NCBI GenBank assembly: GCA_035695685.1
Contig: DASRRN010000715.1
Span: forward strand, 1 to 42,616
DNA: 42,616 nt
From: Acidobacteriaceae bacterium
GTDB lineage: Bacteria; Acidobacteriota; Terriglobia; Terriglobales; Acidobacteriaceae
Reading direction: 5' to 3'
Shown here: piece after piece, positions 14,101 through 22,582 of the stretch
Position numbering within the stretch: position 1 is the stretch's first letter
Layout of the letters: each line of letters starts with the position of its first letter
Position numbers and translations under genes: made by a program
The notes under the pieces: generated by a model
What the model saw: the letters and a program-made list of their open reading frames with translations, nothing else
Databases searched by the model: none
What the model was told of the DNA's origin: nothing

Positions 14101-14970
14101 ATCGGCATAAGCCTGCGAAGAAATCCCAGTCCCGCCAGTCCCAGGCGATGCCGTAGGCGTGGTCGGCGTGCCCGTCAGGGCCGGCGACGCGAGCGGAGCC
14201 TTGAGGCCGAGCGCCGTATTCAGATCGGTCTGCGAAGATAGCGTGCCCGTGATGGATCCCCACGCCGCTCCCGATCCGGTGCCGCAGGCCGCGCCCGCGT
14301 CGGCCAAGGTCATATAGCCGCCCGTGAGCAATGCGTTGATGCAGTGCCCATTCGTAAATCCGCTGCTCGGGAGCCTCACCGCCGCACCGCTCGCGTCGAG
14401 TGTCCCGGTGAAGACCGGGCTCGCCAGCGGAGCCTTGAGGCCCAGCGCAGTCGCCAGATCAGTCTGCGAAGATAGCGTGCCTGTGATTGATCCCCACGCC
14501 GCTCCAGCTCCTGTGCCGCAGGCCGCGCCCGCGTCGCCGATCGTCATCACCAGACCAGAAACCACGGCCGTCAGGCAATGGCCATTCGTAAAGCCGCTCG
14601 AAGAAAATTGAGTGGCAGCTCCGGTAAGGTCTACCGTTCCCGTGAACGCAGGTGAAACTAGCGGAGCTCCGCCCAGATTTGAAAGCGTGGTTGATGCCGT
14701 GCCTGATCCACTGAAGTCGATAGGCCCGGTCATGGTCCCGCCAGTAATCGGCAGGCCCGCGCCGATTGCCGACACGCAACTATTGGTTACTACGTTATAA
14801 AGCTGGCAGCCTGCGGGCCATGCGATTTGTGTATTCGGATTGATCTTGGTCTGAGCGTGACTCAGTGCAGCTATCAGCAGAAACCCCAGGACTGCCGGAA
14901 TGGTTTGCGCTAGCAGCCGCTCGCGTGGCCCGAATTGTCTCTTGCTGTTTTTAAACCACACAAAGCGCAT
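11110..14970 (-). CDS. Tail fibre / receptor-binding protein, 1286 aa
   Basis: It carries the tail-fibre repeat signature (LGLKAPLASPxFTGT). The sequence is G/T/S/A-rich and beta-rich, with an FN3-like segment (ITWLQVRGATGYKVYGRT). It sits at the end of the tail module. Confidence 0.75.
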   Translation of the reverse strand: MRFVWFKNSKRQFGPRERLLAQTIPAVLGFLLIAALSHAQTKINPNTQIAWPAGCQLYNVVTNSCVSAIGAGLPITGGTMTGPIDFSGSGTASTTLSNLGGAPLVSPAFTGTVDLTGAATQFSSSGFTNGHCLTAVVSGLVMTIGDAGAACGTGAGAAWGSITGTLSSQTDLATALGLKAPLASPVFTGTLDASGAAVRLPSSGFTNGHCINALLTGGYMTLADAGAACGTGSGAAWGSITGTLSSQTDLNTALGLKAPLASPALTGTPTTPTASPGTGGTGISSQAYADASAAAAIAGAVIKAPTASQTVSYTDSPAVFLSDDPNLGQTHQGNLVGAPQPQNFYTLNSTLNAIGNMQSGSGNSPSQLRVIPNGDSSALFHNFIIYCGLVSRLGAAGFDMNGSGSLQTSIGIPCGSGGGGMTTNSSTGTITKNNGTTVPYDFTRAPTGIVTNIATSSSVTYGSGGASIYANTFRVYYVKELLDGISSATPGTMTVVITSGASGACPAGCTIFSGSLSNASTIGAVTTTVQAVPDYYTMTVSASGGAIDVFGVGMYNTASNGIINVGGTARPGLSLPDSVSTPTAVVGPWFQAATGAPVQITAWSLSLNVVTFTAANTFVTGQKIMVGGLVTGAFMNGKDGAGNSGSVTVLSSGLSSSQFKANFTHADGSATENGNAFASDDYAVAAFEMKENGTSGGTGGCQQATTAAPTTFHDYSYWLGQYTSQWTTNNPLVDFEFTGSYDILNTGNNCPRVTNDQERQFSQASGYFYFDNYFNETSANMQARGQLDFSVHSNLNENLAHGLQLWNALGLNTVFGANANPVANTGTMTTDLYVGSSDPRSQGSGLCNPAVAGNCQNPLASVFHAYRTNADAQIDVTSLLNVWDYLHSQSYFCVQTASFSAPSGCKFVVGVNNVTAGSTSATAFDFEVNSSGATAKSGVKSTFNSASGGAQFYCNTANVGARCEWDLIVAGTQRWILGSGNGNTDLVFTDSTSNQKILDIPNNTAPYGTVAADATGFISGASTQSAGNVNLIAIVTPTQNTPTTATTGGTIAASTQVCYRITATNANGETLPGAQTCVTTGSGTSTNTATITWLQVRGATGYKVYGRTTGAELFMSTIGAGTTLTFTDTGSITPSGALPGANTTLGGYQLNANTVLPSTLTGFHGTAGTKVQLSDGTGASGNIAKFAADGSATDGGVAVTSIAPLYNTSGTIQASAHMVTGSGTLTAGSLTVTLTGASVFTSSSTYVCSPDDSTGINGIDVVYNSGSSVTFNGTGTDAIRFSCVGN
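14167..14685 (-). repeat. In-frame tandem repeat, about 77 aa (231 nt) x 2.3, inside the tail fibre
   Basis: The units begin LSNLGGAPLVSPAFTG, LATALGLKAPLASPVFTG and LNTALGLKAPLASPALTG. The block GDAGAACGTG.GAAWGSITGTLSSQTD is repeated nearly exactly. Confidence 0.85.
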
Positions 14971-15532
14971 TGATCTTGTCTCCTACCTGAGTGTTGAAAC
15001 TGAGAGTGATGGCCGGCCCAACCAAGGTGTAATCGGGCGTGGGTACAGCATTGGGGTCAAGGATCGTGCCGTTATAGATCACTGCGACCACGGGCGTCCC
15101 CGGCGCAAGATAATGCGAGCCTGGCACCGCGCCCACGCAGTCCCTGACCGCAAGCACTCCAACAGGAAATCCATAGGGTGGCATAATCTGCACCGCCTCA
15201 CTGAGGTCAATAGTTCCAGCACCATCGAAACGATACATGCCGGCTTGGATCACGTTCTTGTCGTCATCGAGCACCGCGATTTCGTAAAACGTCACATCTG
15301 GACCTGGCTCTATCACGTCATTGCCAAAGAGCTCGATCGAGAGCGGCCCCGCTCCGACCTGGGGCCCGACGATCTGGGGAATGGTGGCATCGGCGAGCAT
15401 GCAGGTTCCCGGTACCGCCGGCATCACGGGACCGGATCCGCACAAAGTGATGCGCAGATATCCGCCGGTATCGGCGCCCGCGAGAATGGTCTCGAGATGG
15501 GCGGTAAGCGTGATTTGCGGTGTCAGTGGCAT
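14951..15532 (-). CDS. Hypothetical tail-associated protein, 193 aa
   Basis: Track ORF, beta-rich, immediately upstream of and overlapping the fibre gene. Confidence 0.55.
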   Translation of the reverse strand: MPLTPQITLTAHLETILAGADTGGYLRITLCGSGPVMPAVPGTCMLADATIPQIVGPQVGAGPLSIELFGNDVIEPGPDVTFYEIAVLDDDKNVIQAGMYRFDGAGTIDLSEAVQIMPPYGFPVGVLAVRDCVGAVPGSHYLAPGTPVVAVIYNGTILDPNAVPTPDYTLVGPAITLSFNTQVGDKINALCVV

Positions 15533-15539
15533 TTGCGCC

Positions 15540-15944
15540 TCACTTGAAAAACCACACTGGACCGATGTGCGCCGTCCGGGGATGATCGTCTGCGCAATTG
15601 AGCACTTCTTTCTTGAACCAGGCCTCGATCGGGAAAGCCGGATCGATATAAAAGAGCGCCCCGCCAGTCAGGTCCTCTGTGATCTCCGACGTATAGAGCT
15701 CATCCAGCCGATTCAGAAACACCCGCACATTGCCGCTGCGCATGTTCGGTATATCCGGCGGATATCTCGTGGCGCACTTTGCCGGCGCCGACTGGGCCAC
15801 CTCGAGCCAATCGCCCCAGCCCTGGAAGACACGGTTACGCAGGACCTGGGCCACGGCCAGCATGTTGTTCACGCCGCCGTACCGCGCTCCCTGCTCGATC
15901 GCAAACTCTGCAATCTTCGCCCGTGTGAAGGTGTCGAGGTTCAT
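15540..15944 (-). CDS. Possible cell-wall hydrolase (SleB/CwlJ-like fold)
   Basis: MLAVAQVLRNRV..GW and GGALFYIDP resemble the SleB-type hydrolase core. This is a weak, by-eye call. Confidence 0.4.
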   Translation of the reverse strand: MNLDTFTRAKIAEFAIEQGARYGGVNNMLAVAQVLRNRVFQGWGDWLEVAQSAPAKCATRYPPDIPNMRSGNVRVFLNRLDELYTSEITEDLTGGALFYIDPAFPIEAWFKKEVLNCADDHPRTAHIGPVWFFK

Positions 15945-16234
15945 TCCGGAACTCCCGAGTGTCTCTTCAACATCGAGCTGGCCATTGCGTGAAATGTTTC
16001 GCGCGAACCTGTGCCATTCGCAAAATGTTCATAGTCGATGCTTCCATCGGAGTTAATGCAGCGCGCGGTAATGATCACGTCGGTGACGCGTCCCATCTTT
16101 CCGCTTCTCATCTCGCGGGCCCAACGAATCATCCGGCCGGTGCAGTCGTAGGGCGTTCCGATGTCAATCACGCGAAGCCGAGACCTTTTTTTCTGATCCG
16201 GCCAGTTCTTGGCGCCTGGCACAGTCTTGTTCAT
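15941..16234 (-). CDS. Hypothetical protein, 97 aa
   Basis: ATG 16234 (MNKTVPG...) forms an ATGA overlap with the upstream stop. The track start 16384 is rejected. Confidence 0.55.
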   Translation of the reverse strand: MNKTVPGAKNWPDQKKRSRLRVIDIGTPYDCTGRMIRWAREMRSGKMGRVTDVIITARCINSDGSIDYEHFANGTGSRETFHAMASSMLKRHSGVPE

Positions 16235-17112
16235 ATCGGTCTCCCCACTCTGATTTGCCGATAGACCTTCAGCTGCTCCCGGTACCAGCTTCCAGCTTCT
16301 CCGATCGGCGGCCCGAAGGCCTTGTCTACTTCCTTTTCCGTCAGGATCTCGGCCGCGATCAATACCAGCATTGCCGTCCGCCACCCGCGGTACTTCTCCT
16401 TGGTCGCGACGCCGTAATCATCGAATCGCATCATGCTCCACTCCGGACCTGGATCCTGGAGGCTGGTCAATGTGCGGCGGACTTTCTGCCCTTCGCGGCA
16501 AGCCATGTAGTTCTCAAAGAGCAGATCTTTCTGCCGCTGGGTGCTCACGTGGGCCAGCTCCTCGAGGTAGCCGGCTTCATCCATGGCGACGGGTGCGACC
16601 CAGGCGTTGACTCCTACCAGGCCGTGCCGTGTCCAGTCGTTCAACCAAATCCGCGCATCGCGGTGCTCTTCTTCCCTGGCATCTACGCCGGCTTGGCGAA
16701 GCTTGCGCAGCACCGCGCTCGCGTAGAGCGTGTTTACCAGGCGCTCTTTCTCATGCTCCTTGGCCCATCGCTCCTGACCTGGTAGCCGCTGGCGTTTGGC
16801 CTTCTCGCGGTTCGATTCGTAAAGCTCGAGGTTTTCATCGACCCAGGCCGAAGGATCGTTTTCCAGGCGCCTGAGATTGGCGATGGCTGGATCGTAGTGA
16901 CCTGGTGCATCGAACTCGCGATCAAAATCCAGGTTCTTCATCTTCGAGCGGACGCGCGTTCTTTGCCGCACCGCCGCCCAGTCGAATTCATCCCAGTCCC
17001 GCTCCTTCTCCGCGCGGCCGCCTTTACTCTCGGCTGCAGCCCGCGCCAGGCCGGGATCGTACTTCAGCGTCGGTGCGCTCTGGTGCTGAACCGGGATGAT
17101 GATATGCGGCAT
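16231..17112 (-). CDS. Hypothetical protein, about 293 aa
   Basis: Track ORF is 16231..17148. ATG 17112 (MPHIIIP) has GAGGA 5 nt upstream and ATG 17148 has no close SD. No family recognised. Confidence 0.55.
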   Translation of the reverse strand: MPHIIIPVQHQSAPTLKYDPGLARAAAESKGGRAEKERDWDEFDWAAVRQRTRVRSKMKNLDFDREFDAPGHYDPAIANLRRLENDPSAWVDENLELYESNREKAKRQRLPGQERWAKEHEKERLVNTLYASAVLRKLRQAGVDAREEEHRDARIWLNDWTRHGLVGVNAWVAPVAMDEAGYLEELAHVSTQRQKDLLFENYMACREGQKVRRTLTSLQDPGPEWSMMRFDDYGVATKEKYRGWRTAMLVLIAAEILTEKEVDKAFGPPIGEAGSWYREQLKVYRQIRVGRPI

Positions 17113-17185
17113 ATATGTCCTCAATAGGTTGCGTATATCTTCGAGCATTTCGTCGGCTGTCCTGCCTTCCCAGAAGAAAGGGTAG

Positions 17186-17214
17186 GGAGGGGTGGGCTCG
17201 ATTCCAACCCCTCC
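17186..17214 (-). terminator. Intra-operon hairpin (possible attenuator)
   Basis: 8-bp stem GGAGGGGT / ACCCCTCC with a 13-nt loop, followed on the minus strand by the pyrimidine-rich CTACCCTTTCTTCT. Confidence 0.3.
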
Positions 17215-17225
17215 GTCCGGTTGGC

Positions 17226-17867
17226 TTAGGTTGTCTGTCCCGCTACCGCCGCTGCGATCTTCTGGTTGGGAGTCAGATCGCCCGCTGCGGTCGTGACCTG
17301 GGCTTCCGGGGCCGTGCCTTCTTCCGGGATCGATACTGCTCCTACATCAAACACGAGCTTGATGCTGGTCAGCACAGGCGTGGGTGGCGGAGGCGGAGGC
17401 GCGAAATCGACCGTCACATCTTGGACGTCGGTCAGCTCCAAGCCTTCGGCCGTCTTGAGTGATGCGGTAACCTCGGCAACGCCCTCGGATACGGCCGTCA
17501 CTTCCGCGGTCTCGCCATCTGGATTTTCCTCGATCGTGGCCACCGCTTCGTTATCGATTTCATAACTGACGGACGGCATCACGAACCCATCGGGCATGGG
17601 GTTACCGTTCTGATCGAATCCAAGGACGGAAGCCGTGGCCACCTGTCCTGCTTCTTTGAGGGTTGCTGCTCCTGCTACTGGCGCCATGGCGCGTTCTCCT
17701 TTGGTTTGGTTATGAAAAACAAGTTCAATCATTTTTAGTTCCGGCTTCGTCCGGTGACGCCGCCAGAAATCTTCAAGCATCTCGGCCGCTTCCTGCTCTT
17801 CATGCAGTATCCGGTTGCGCCGCTGCTCCAGCCACGCCAGCATCCTGCGCTCCCATTCCTCCATCAT
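17226..17867 (-). CDS. Protein with Ig-like (Big_2-type) domain and poly-Pro linker
   Basis: The ATLKEAGQVATASVLGFDQNGNPM...EAVATIEENPDGETAEVTAVSEGVAEVTASL pattern is present, along with PPPPPP. Confidence 0.5.
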   Translation of the reverse strand: MMEEWERRMLAWLEQRRNRILHEEQEAAEMLEDFWRRHRTKPELKMIELVFHNQTKGERAMAPVAGAATLKEAGQVATASVLGFDQNGNPMPDGFVMPSVSYEIDNEAVATIEENPDGETAEVTAVSEGVAEVTASLKTAEGLELTDVQDVTVDFAPPPPPPTPVLTSIKLVFDVGAVSIPEEGTAPEAQVTTAAGDLTPNQKIAAAVAGQTT

Positions 17868-20671
17868 GGCTGGCCCTCCTGATTGACTGAAGGAGCGAAT
17901 ACTTTTCTATCTGTGCCGTCATTCATGTAAGCGTGCGTCCTATCGGCATAAGCGCTAGCTGAAGCATCTGAAGTGAAGATTCCGAGATGTTGACCCGTTC
18001 GGATGTATTGATCTGTCGCTCGATCTTGCAAGCGCTGCATTTCTTCGGAGCGGGGGTTTTTGTAATCCCGAGGAATTTTCCCGTTGGGAGTTAGAAAGCG
18101 ACCGTCCGCGATTGTCGGTACGAGCGCAAACTGAGGGGCATTCTCATATTTTCCGTTCCATGGCTGGCCGCTTTTATCTAGCGGAATAGTCATCGAGAAA
18201 ATGCTTGAATGCGATCCGTCGAAGTTCCGGATTGATGGGCGATGGTTCACGTCAATATTTCCCCGTTGGAGCATTCCGTCAATCGGCTTTCCTGCTTGTG
18301 GTCCTGTGTCATACGCGGCCCCGTGTTCCTCGTCTGTCTCTTGCTCTCTGTTTCCCTGTTGCGGAGTCTGTTGCTCCTGGAACGGAGTTGCGATCGCGCG
18401 TGCAATCAACGGGGCATAGTGCTGCGGGCTGAGATGGTTTCGCGCCGCAAAATCGAGCAGCTTGCCCACATTGGGATTGGTGGCCGCCTGGCGCATCACG
18501 TAGCGCATGCCATCGGCGAGCGCTGCGCCCGTCAGTGCACCGGTCCATGGATCAGCGCCGGCTAGATGAGCCACTGCGGCGCCGGCCATCGCGCCCATGC
18601 CGCCGCGGCCGACATGCCGGCCCATTTCGAGCATGGTTTCTTTGGCCACACCAGAAGCCGCGCGCGCCGTGCCGGCATTTGAGAGCAGCAGGGTGATGCG
18701 CTTCAGGTTGCTCACTCCCTCCTGGCCGATCAGCCGCTCCGCATCTGCGCGGTTAGTGCCTTGTCCCAGCCATGCTTCGAGGGCCCGGGTGCGACCGGTC
18801 ATGATGCGGGGCAGGCCTTGCGCGCTCTCTTCAGAAGTAATGCCGTTCATCATCCGCTCGGTCACATTGTGGAGATTCGAGAGAGTCATCGAATCGCGCC
18901 ATGCCGATTTGGCCGCCCGATAATCGGTGGGCGAGATCTCGCTGGCATGGCGGGTCATCAGATTGTTGATTGCCTCGTTGGCTTCACTTAACCGCACCTG
19001 CGCCGATTCGACGGCTTCCATGCTGGTCGCCGAACGGATCACCTGCTGGGCTTGTTTGACCTGGCCGTTGAACTTCGTGAAATCCCCGCCGCTCACTCGA
19101 TCGAGCGTTTCGTAGATTGGTTTGGCCGCGGCCTGCACCTGTGCCGCGGCGTCGCCGAAGGTATTCACCTGGCCCACAGCCGCCGTCACATCGGCCGGCG
19201 AGAAGCGCTGCACGTAAGGACTGGCGTGGTAGAGCCCCAGCTGCTCCTCGAGGGCCTTGTACTGGTCATCAATCAGGCCCTGCTGCTTGGTCGACAGGCT
19301 GTCATAGGTCGGACTTTGACGCAGATCGTCAAGCTGCTGCAGCCACGCCTGAGCCTCGTGTGGATTGGCTGTGGTCAGTGCCCCTCCGCCGCCGACGGTT
19401 TCGCCACGCGCTTCGGGCGCCGTTCCAGTGCGAATGTCGGCGCCGGTCCCACCTTCCGCGCCGGGGATAATCCGCCCTGTTCCTCCGATCTCTGCTGTGC
19501 GCGTCGGCGCGCTTCCAGTTTTGAAGCGTGGATCCTTGAATGCCGCGCGCGGTTCCTGCGCCGCCGAGTGCGCTATCTCACCAGTGGGCGTTTCCTTGGT
19601 CGGTGGCCCTTCGAGTCGGAAGGTGAACGGTTCCGCGCCCTCCGGAGCTGCGAGCTGGGGCACGGCTTCAGCCGCCGCATTCGCTGTACGGTTGCCGTAG
19701 AGATTCAGCCAGGTGAGCGCATTCCCTGCTCCCTGGCGTGCGGTGTTGCCAAGTACTGCTTGCGCACCTTCCTGCTGTGCCTCGGCTATCTTCGGCGCAC
19801 CCGCTGCGCTGGCTCCGGTAGGCTCGCCGGCATCGTTCACTTGTTCGGCCAGGGCCGGAATCTCTTCGCCGGCAATTTTGAGAGTCTGTGGCGCGCGCTT
19901 GAGTAGTGCCCTTCCTGCAGCTCCTGCAGCTTCGCCTGCTGTGCGCCCCGCCCCGCCGAATGCCGCGGCCTCGGCCGCCTGGCCGGGATCGAGAGTATGG
20001 CCGTAGGTCTGCGCGCCCATCAGGGTCGCATCCTTCGCGGCCTTCAGGCCCACCGCCAGTAGTCCCGCAATCTTGGGGTTGGCTTTGACGACCTGGGCCA
20101 CCTGCTGCGCCTGTTTCAGGTGCTCGGCCGCTTCGGCCGTGCCGGCCGCGGGCCCCACCATTTTCAAAAGTCCATCGGTCCCGATGTACTCGAGTACCTG
20201 TTCGCCCACGGCGCCCACGTTCTGCCAGAAGCCTTCCGGCTGCCCTCCGGAGCGCAACCAGTCCGCCGCATCTTTCATGTGCGCTGCCATGCGGTTGCCT
20301 GGGTTTTTGGTATCAGTCAGCGCCGCCGTGGCTTCTTCTTCTGTCGCGCCCGGGTGCGTGGCGATATAACCCTTGGTGTCGGGGCGCTGGATCATATCGA
20401 GCACGTTGCCCACCAGGTGCGCGCCCGAGTTCAGCGCGCCCCACAGCATTCCTCCGGTAGCCGGCGCCTGGTATTGCTCATCGGTTTCGTTCTCGCCGGT
20501 CAATCCTGCTTTCGCACGCTGCATGCCGGTAGCAGCGGGGCCAGGTCCTGGACTCCCAGCCCCGCTGACCGGCTGCCCGGCTACATGGGTTACCGCCCAT
20601 GGATCCGGAGCTTGGGGCGGCGGCGCCGCTCCGCCCGGTTGACCTACGCTGACTACATTCCAGCCGCCCAT
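17864..20671 (-). CDS. Large internal-virion/ejection-type protein (T7 gp16 position), 935 aa
   Basis: The call rests on synteny only. The body is Ala/Gly-rich and helical, with a distinct C-terminal domain carrying GNIDVNHRP. Confidence 0.45.
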   Translation of the reverse strand: MGGWNVVSVGQPGGAAPPPQAPDPWAVTHVAGQPVSGAGSPGPGPAATGMQRAKAGLTGENETDEQYQAPATGGMLWGALNSGAHLVGNVLDMIQRPDTKGYIATHPGATEEEATAALTDTKNPGNRMAAHMKDAADWLRSGGQPEGFWQNVGAVGEQVLEYIGTDGLLKMVGPAAGTAEAAEHLKQAQQVAQVVKANPKIAGLLAVGLKAAKDATLMGAQTYGHTLDPGQAAEAAAFGGAGRTAGEAAGAAGRALLKRAPQTLKIAGEEIPALAEQVNDAGEPTGASAAGAPKIAEAQQEGAQAVLGNTARQGAGNALTWLNLYGNRTANAAAEAVPQLAAPEGAEPFTFRLEGPPTKETPTGEIAHSAAQEPRAAFKDPRFKTGSAPTRTAEIGGTGRIIPGAEGGTGADIRTGTAPEARGETVGGGGALTTANPHEAQAWLQQLDDLRQSPTYDSLSTKQQGLIDDQYKALEEQLGLYHASPYVQRFSPADVTAAVGQVNTFGDAAAQVQAAAKPIYETLDRVSGGDFTKFNGQVKQAQQVIRSATSMEAVESAQVRLSEANEAINNLMTRHASEISPTDYRAAKSAWRDSMTLSNLHNVTERMMNGITSEESAQGLPRIMTGRTRALEAWLGQGTNRADAERLIGQEGVSNLKRITLLLSNAGTARAASGVAKETMLEMGRHVGRGGMGAMAGAAVAHLAGADPWTGALTGAALADGMRYVMRQAATNPNVGKLLDFAARNHLSPQHYAPLIARAIATPFQEQQTPQQGNREQETDEEHGAAYDTGPQAGKPIDGMLQRGNIDVNHRPSIRNFDGSHSSIFSMTIPLDKSGQPWNGKYENAPQFALVPTIADGRFLTPNGKIPRDYKNPRSEEMQRLQDRATDQYIRTGQHLGIFTSDASASAYADRTHAYMNDGTDRKVFAPSVNQEGQP

Positions 20672-22576
20672 CTACTTCGCTCCTTGAGGCTGCAATTGCA
20701 CTGGCTTGCCGTTCACCATCTGCCAGGTCTGGCCGTTACCGAAAGTCACGGTTCTGCCATTTGCATTCTGCAGGGCAGTCAAGGCTGCTGGCGGTAGCCC
20801 TGTGCCGGCGCCGCCACTCGGCTGCATTCTCGATCCCAGTCGGTCGGCATCCACTTGCTGTGCTTTGAAATCAGGATCGAGATTCTCGCGCGCCGCGGTC
20901 GCCGCCGCGGACATTTGCGGCATCGATGCCTCATAGGCTGGGCTGGGCGCTGAATTCATCCACTGCTGCTTGAATTCATCAAATTTGTCGCTCATCGATT
21001 TGGCTTGGGTAAGAATTGCCGCATCGCGTTTGCCGGGCAGCGTGGAGAGCAGCGTATCCTCAATTTTCTGAATCGCTGGAATCGTCGGGTTGCCATAGAA
21101 CTTCGAAAGCTCGACGGCTACGGTGTGCGCCTTGTTTGTGTAAGCCGTATAGGCCGGCGAGAGCGGGTTATGGCTGGCTGAACTGTTTAGACTTTTTAGC
21201 TCGTTCATGTGGCGCAATGCCGCGCTACCCGAATTGAGCTGATCTGCAATTTTTCCAGAGGTGAATTCCTTATAGGTTTTAGCGTAGGATTCCACTTTTG
21301 ACTTGTCGAAGCCTGGATATTTCTGCGCTACCGCGTCCATTATTTCTGGCTTTTTAGCCATGAGGTAAGACAGACGCTCCGCTCCTGTTCGGCCCGTGCC
21401 AATCAGGTCCACCAAGGATCCGCCGGCGCCGCCCGCCGTTGCTGCTGCTTCGTTATCTTCATCCCACTTCGTATCCGCGTCGGCTTTCCTCGCGTTCGCA
21501 TAATCGAGCGTGTTCTCAGCCTTCGCGCGTCCGCCTTCGCGCTTCTGATCCTCGGCTTTATGGAACTCATCGAGCGCATCTTTCGATTGCCCCATCAGCA
21601 GTTTCGAAGCCTGGTCATTGGTGATCGATCCGCTCGGAATGGTGAACGTCTCTTCGTTCAGCTTTCCGTCCTTGATCGATTTCACCGTGATGGGAATGTC
21701 TTTGGTGATTTTCGAACTCTGCCAATCTGGAGTTACCAGACCAACATGAAGTCCATCGACCTTGCCATTGCCGTCGATGTGGGGAATCGCCACCAGTCGG
21801 CCGTTAGCCTGGTGATCGTGCAATAATGGCGCTTTTTTGAACGCCTCAATCACAGCTGGCAAATCAGCATATACACCCATGTCCTGCGAGCCTTCGCCTC
21901 CATCGGCAATCATCTTGGTGAAGTTTGTTTCGCGTTCCGAGTCCGCCGCCGCCGCGTCCACCTGCGAGCGCCCCAAGCGGAAAGTCGATTCCGCGATCTG
22001 GTGCGAGAGTAGAGCATTTTGCGCGTTCGAAGTTGCAGCCTTTTGCTGCATCTCGAAGTCTTCGTTGGCTTGCTGGCGCTGTTGCTGTTGGCGCTGCTGC
22101 ACTTGCTGTTGCCTGGCTTCGATGCCCAGGCCGATCTTTTTTGAAGTGGATCCTGGTCCCGTGCCGCCGCCGGCCGCTGCGGCTCCATAGCCGGCCAGAG
22201 CTCCGGAGATGATGCGCTTCCACTGCTGGCCAGGTCCGCTCTTGACCGCGGTGGCCACCATCTTGCCAGTTTGCGGATCACGGGCCAGGGTCACATCCGA
22301 GGATCCGCCCAGGGCGTTCAAAATGCCGTGATAAACCTTCGTGCCCCAGCTGTCAGCCTTCTGCTGTTCGAGCGGGATCTGGTCATTTTCACCTGGAGCC
22401 AGATGCTCGACTTCAGGCTGTGGCGCACGATTGACGTTATCCGCCGGCGCGTTAACATTCGCAGTAGAAGAAGGCGCCGTCGTGGCGCCAGGGGTCGCGG
22501 CCGGCGCCGCATCGGAATTAGGCGAGGTCGGTGTGCCCGTCATTGGCTGCGTCCCGTTATCGACTTCAGTTTCCAT
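20672..22576 (-). CDS. Internal-virion-type protein (T7 gp15 position), 634 aa
   Basis: The call rests on synteny only. A poly-Q stretch (QQQVQQRQQQQRQQ) is present. Confidence 0.45.
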   Translation of the reverse strand: METEVDNGTQPMTGTPTSPNSDAAPAATPGATTAPSSTANVNAPADNVNRAPQPEVEHLAPGENDQIPLEQQKADSWGTKVYHGILNALGGSSDVTLARDPQTGKMVATAVKSGPGQQWKRIISGALAGYGAAAAGGGTGPGSTSKKIGLGIEARQQQVQQRQQQQRQQANEDFEMQQKAATSNAQNALLSHQIAESTFRLGRSQVDAAAADSERETNFTKMIADGGEGSQDMGVYADLPAVIEAFKKAPLLHDHQANGRLVAIPHIDGNGKVDGLHVGLVTPDWQSSKITKDIPITVKSIKDGKLNEETFTIPSGSITNDQASKLLMGQSKDALDEFHKAEDQKREGGRAKAENTLDYANARKADADTKWDEDNEAAATAGGAGGSLVDLIGTGRTGAERLSYLMAKKPEIMDAVAQKYPGFDKSKVESYAKTYKEFTSGKIADQLNSGSAALRHMNELKSLNSSASHNPLSPAYTAYTNKAHTVAVELSKFYGNPTIPAIQKIEDTLLSTLPGKRDAAILTQAKSMSDKFDEFKQQWMNSAPSPAYEASMPQMSAAATAARENLDPDFKAQQVDADRLGSRMQPSGGAGTGLPPAALTALQNANGRTVTFGNGQTWQMVNGKPVQLQPQGAK

Positions 22577-22582
22577 ACTTCC

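Noticed and set aside
13174-14241. 355-aa plus-strand ORF. Similar long antisense ORFs occur at 19052..19906, 25163..26242, 33298..34104 and 37731..38654.
   Set aside because: All lie antisense to long, motif-supported structural genes. They have extreme Arg/Gly/His composition with no recognisable motifs. They are GC-driven open frames.
17186-17214. tRNA T-arm-like sequence GGGCTCGATTCCA (possible tRNA fragment or attP core)
   Set aside because: The flanking bases do not form a 5-bp T-stem with a 7-nt loop, and there is no acceptor-stem or CCA context. It fits better as an 8-bp intra-operon hairpin.
17864-20671. Tape-measure protein call for the 935-aa ORF
   Set aside because: There is no major tail tube, sheath or frameshifted chaperone pair upstream. 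The surrounding order matches podovirus tubular and internal-virion genes, so an ejection-protein role is more consistent. Neither call is proven.
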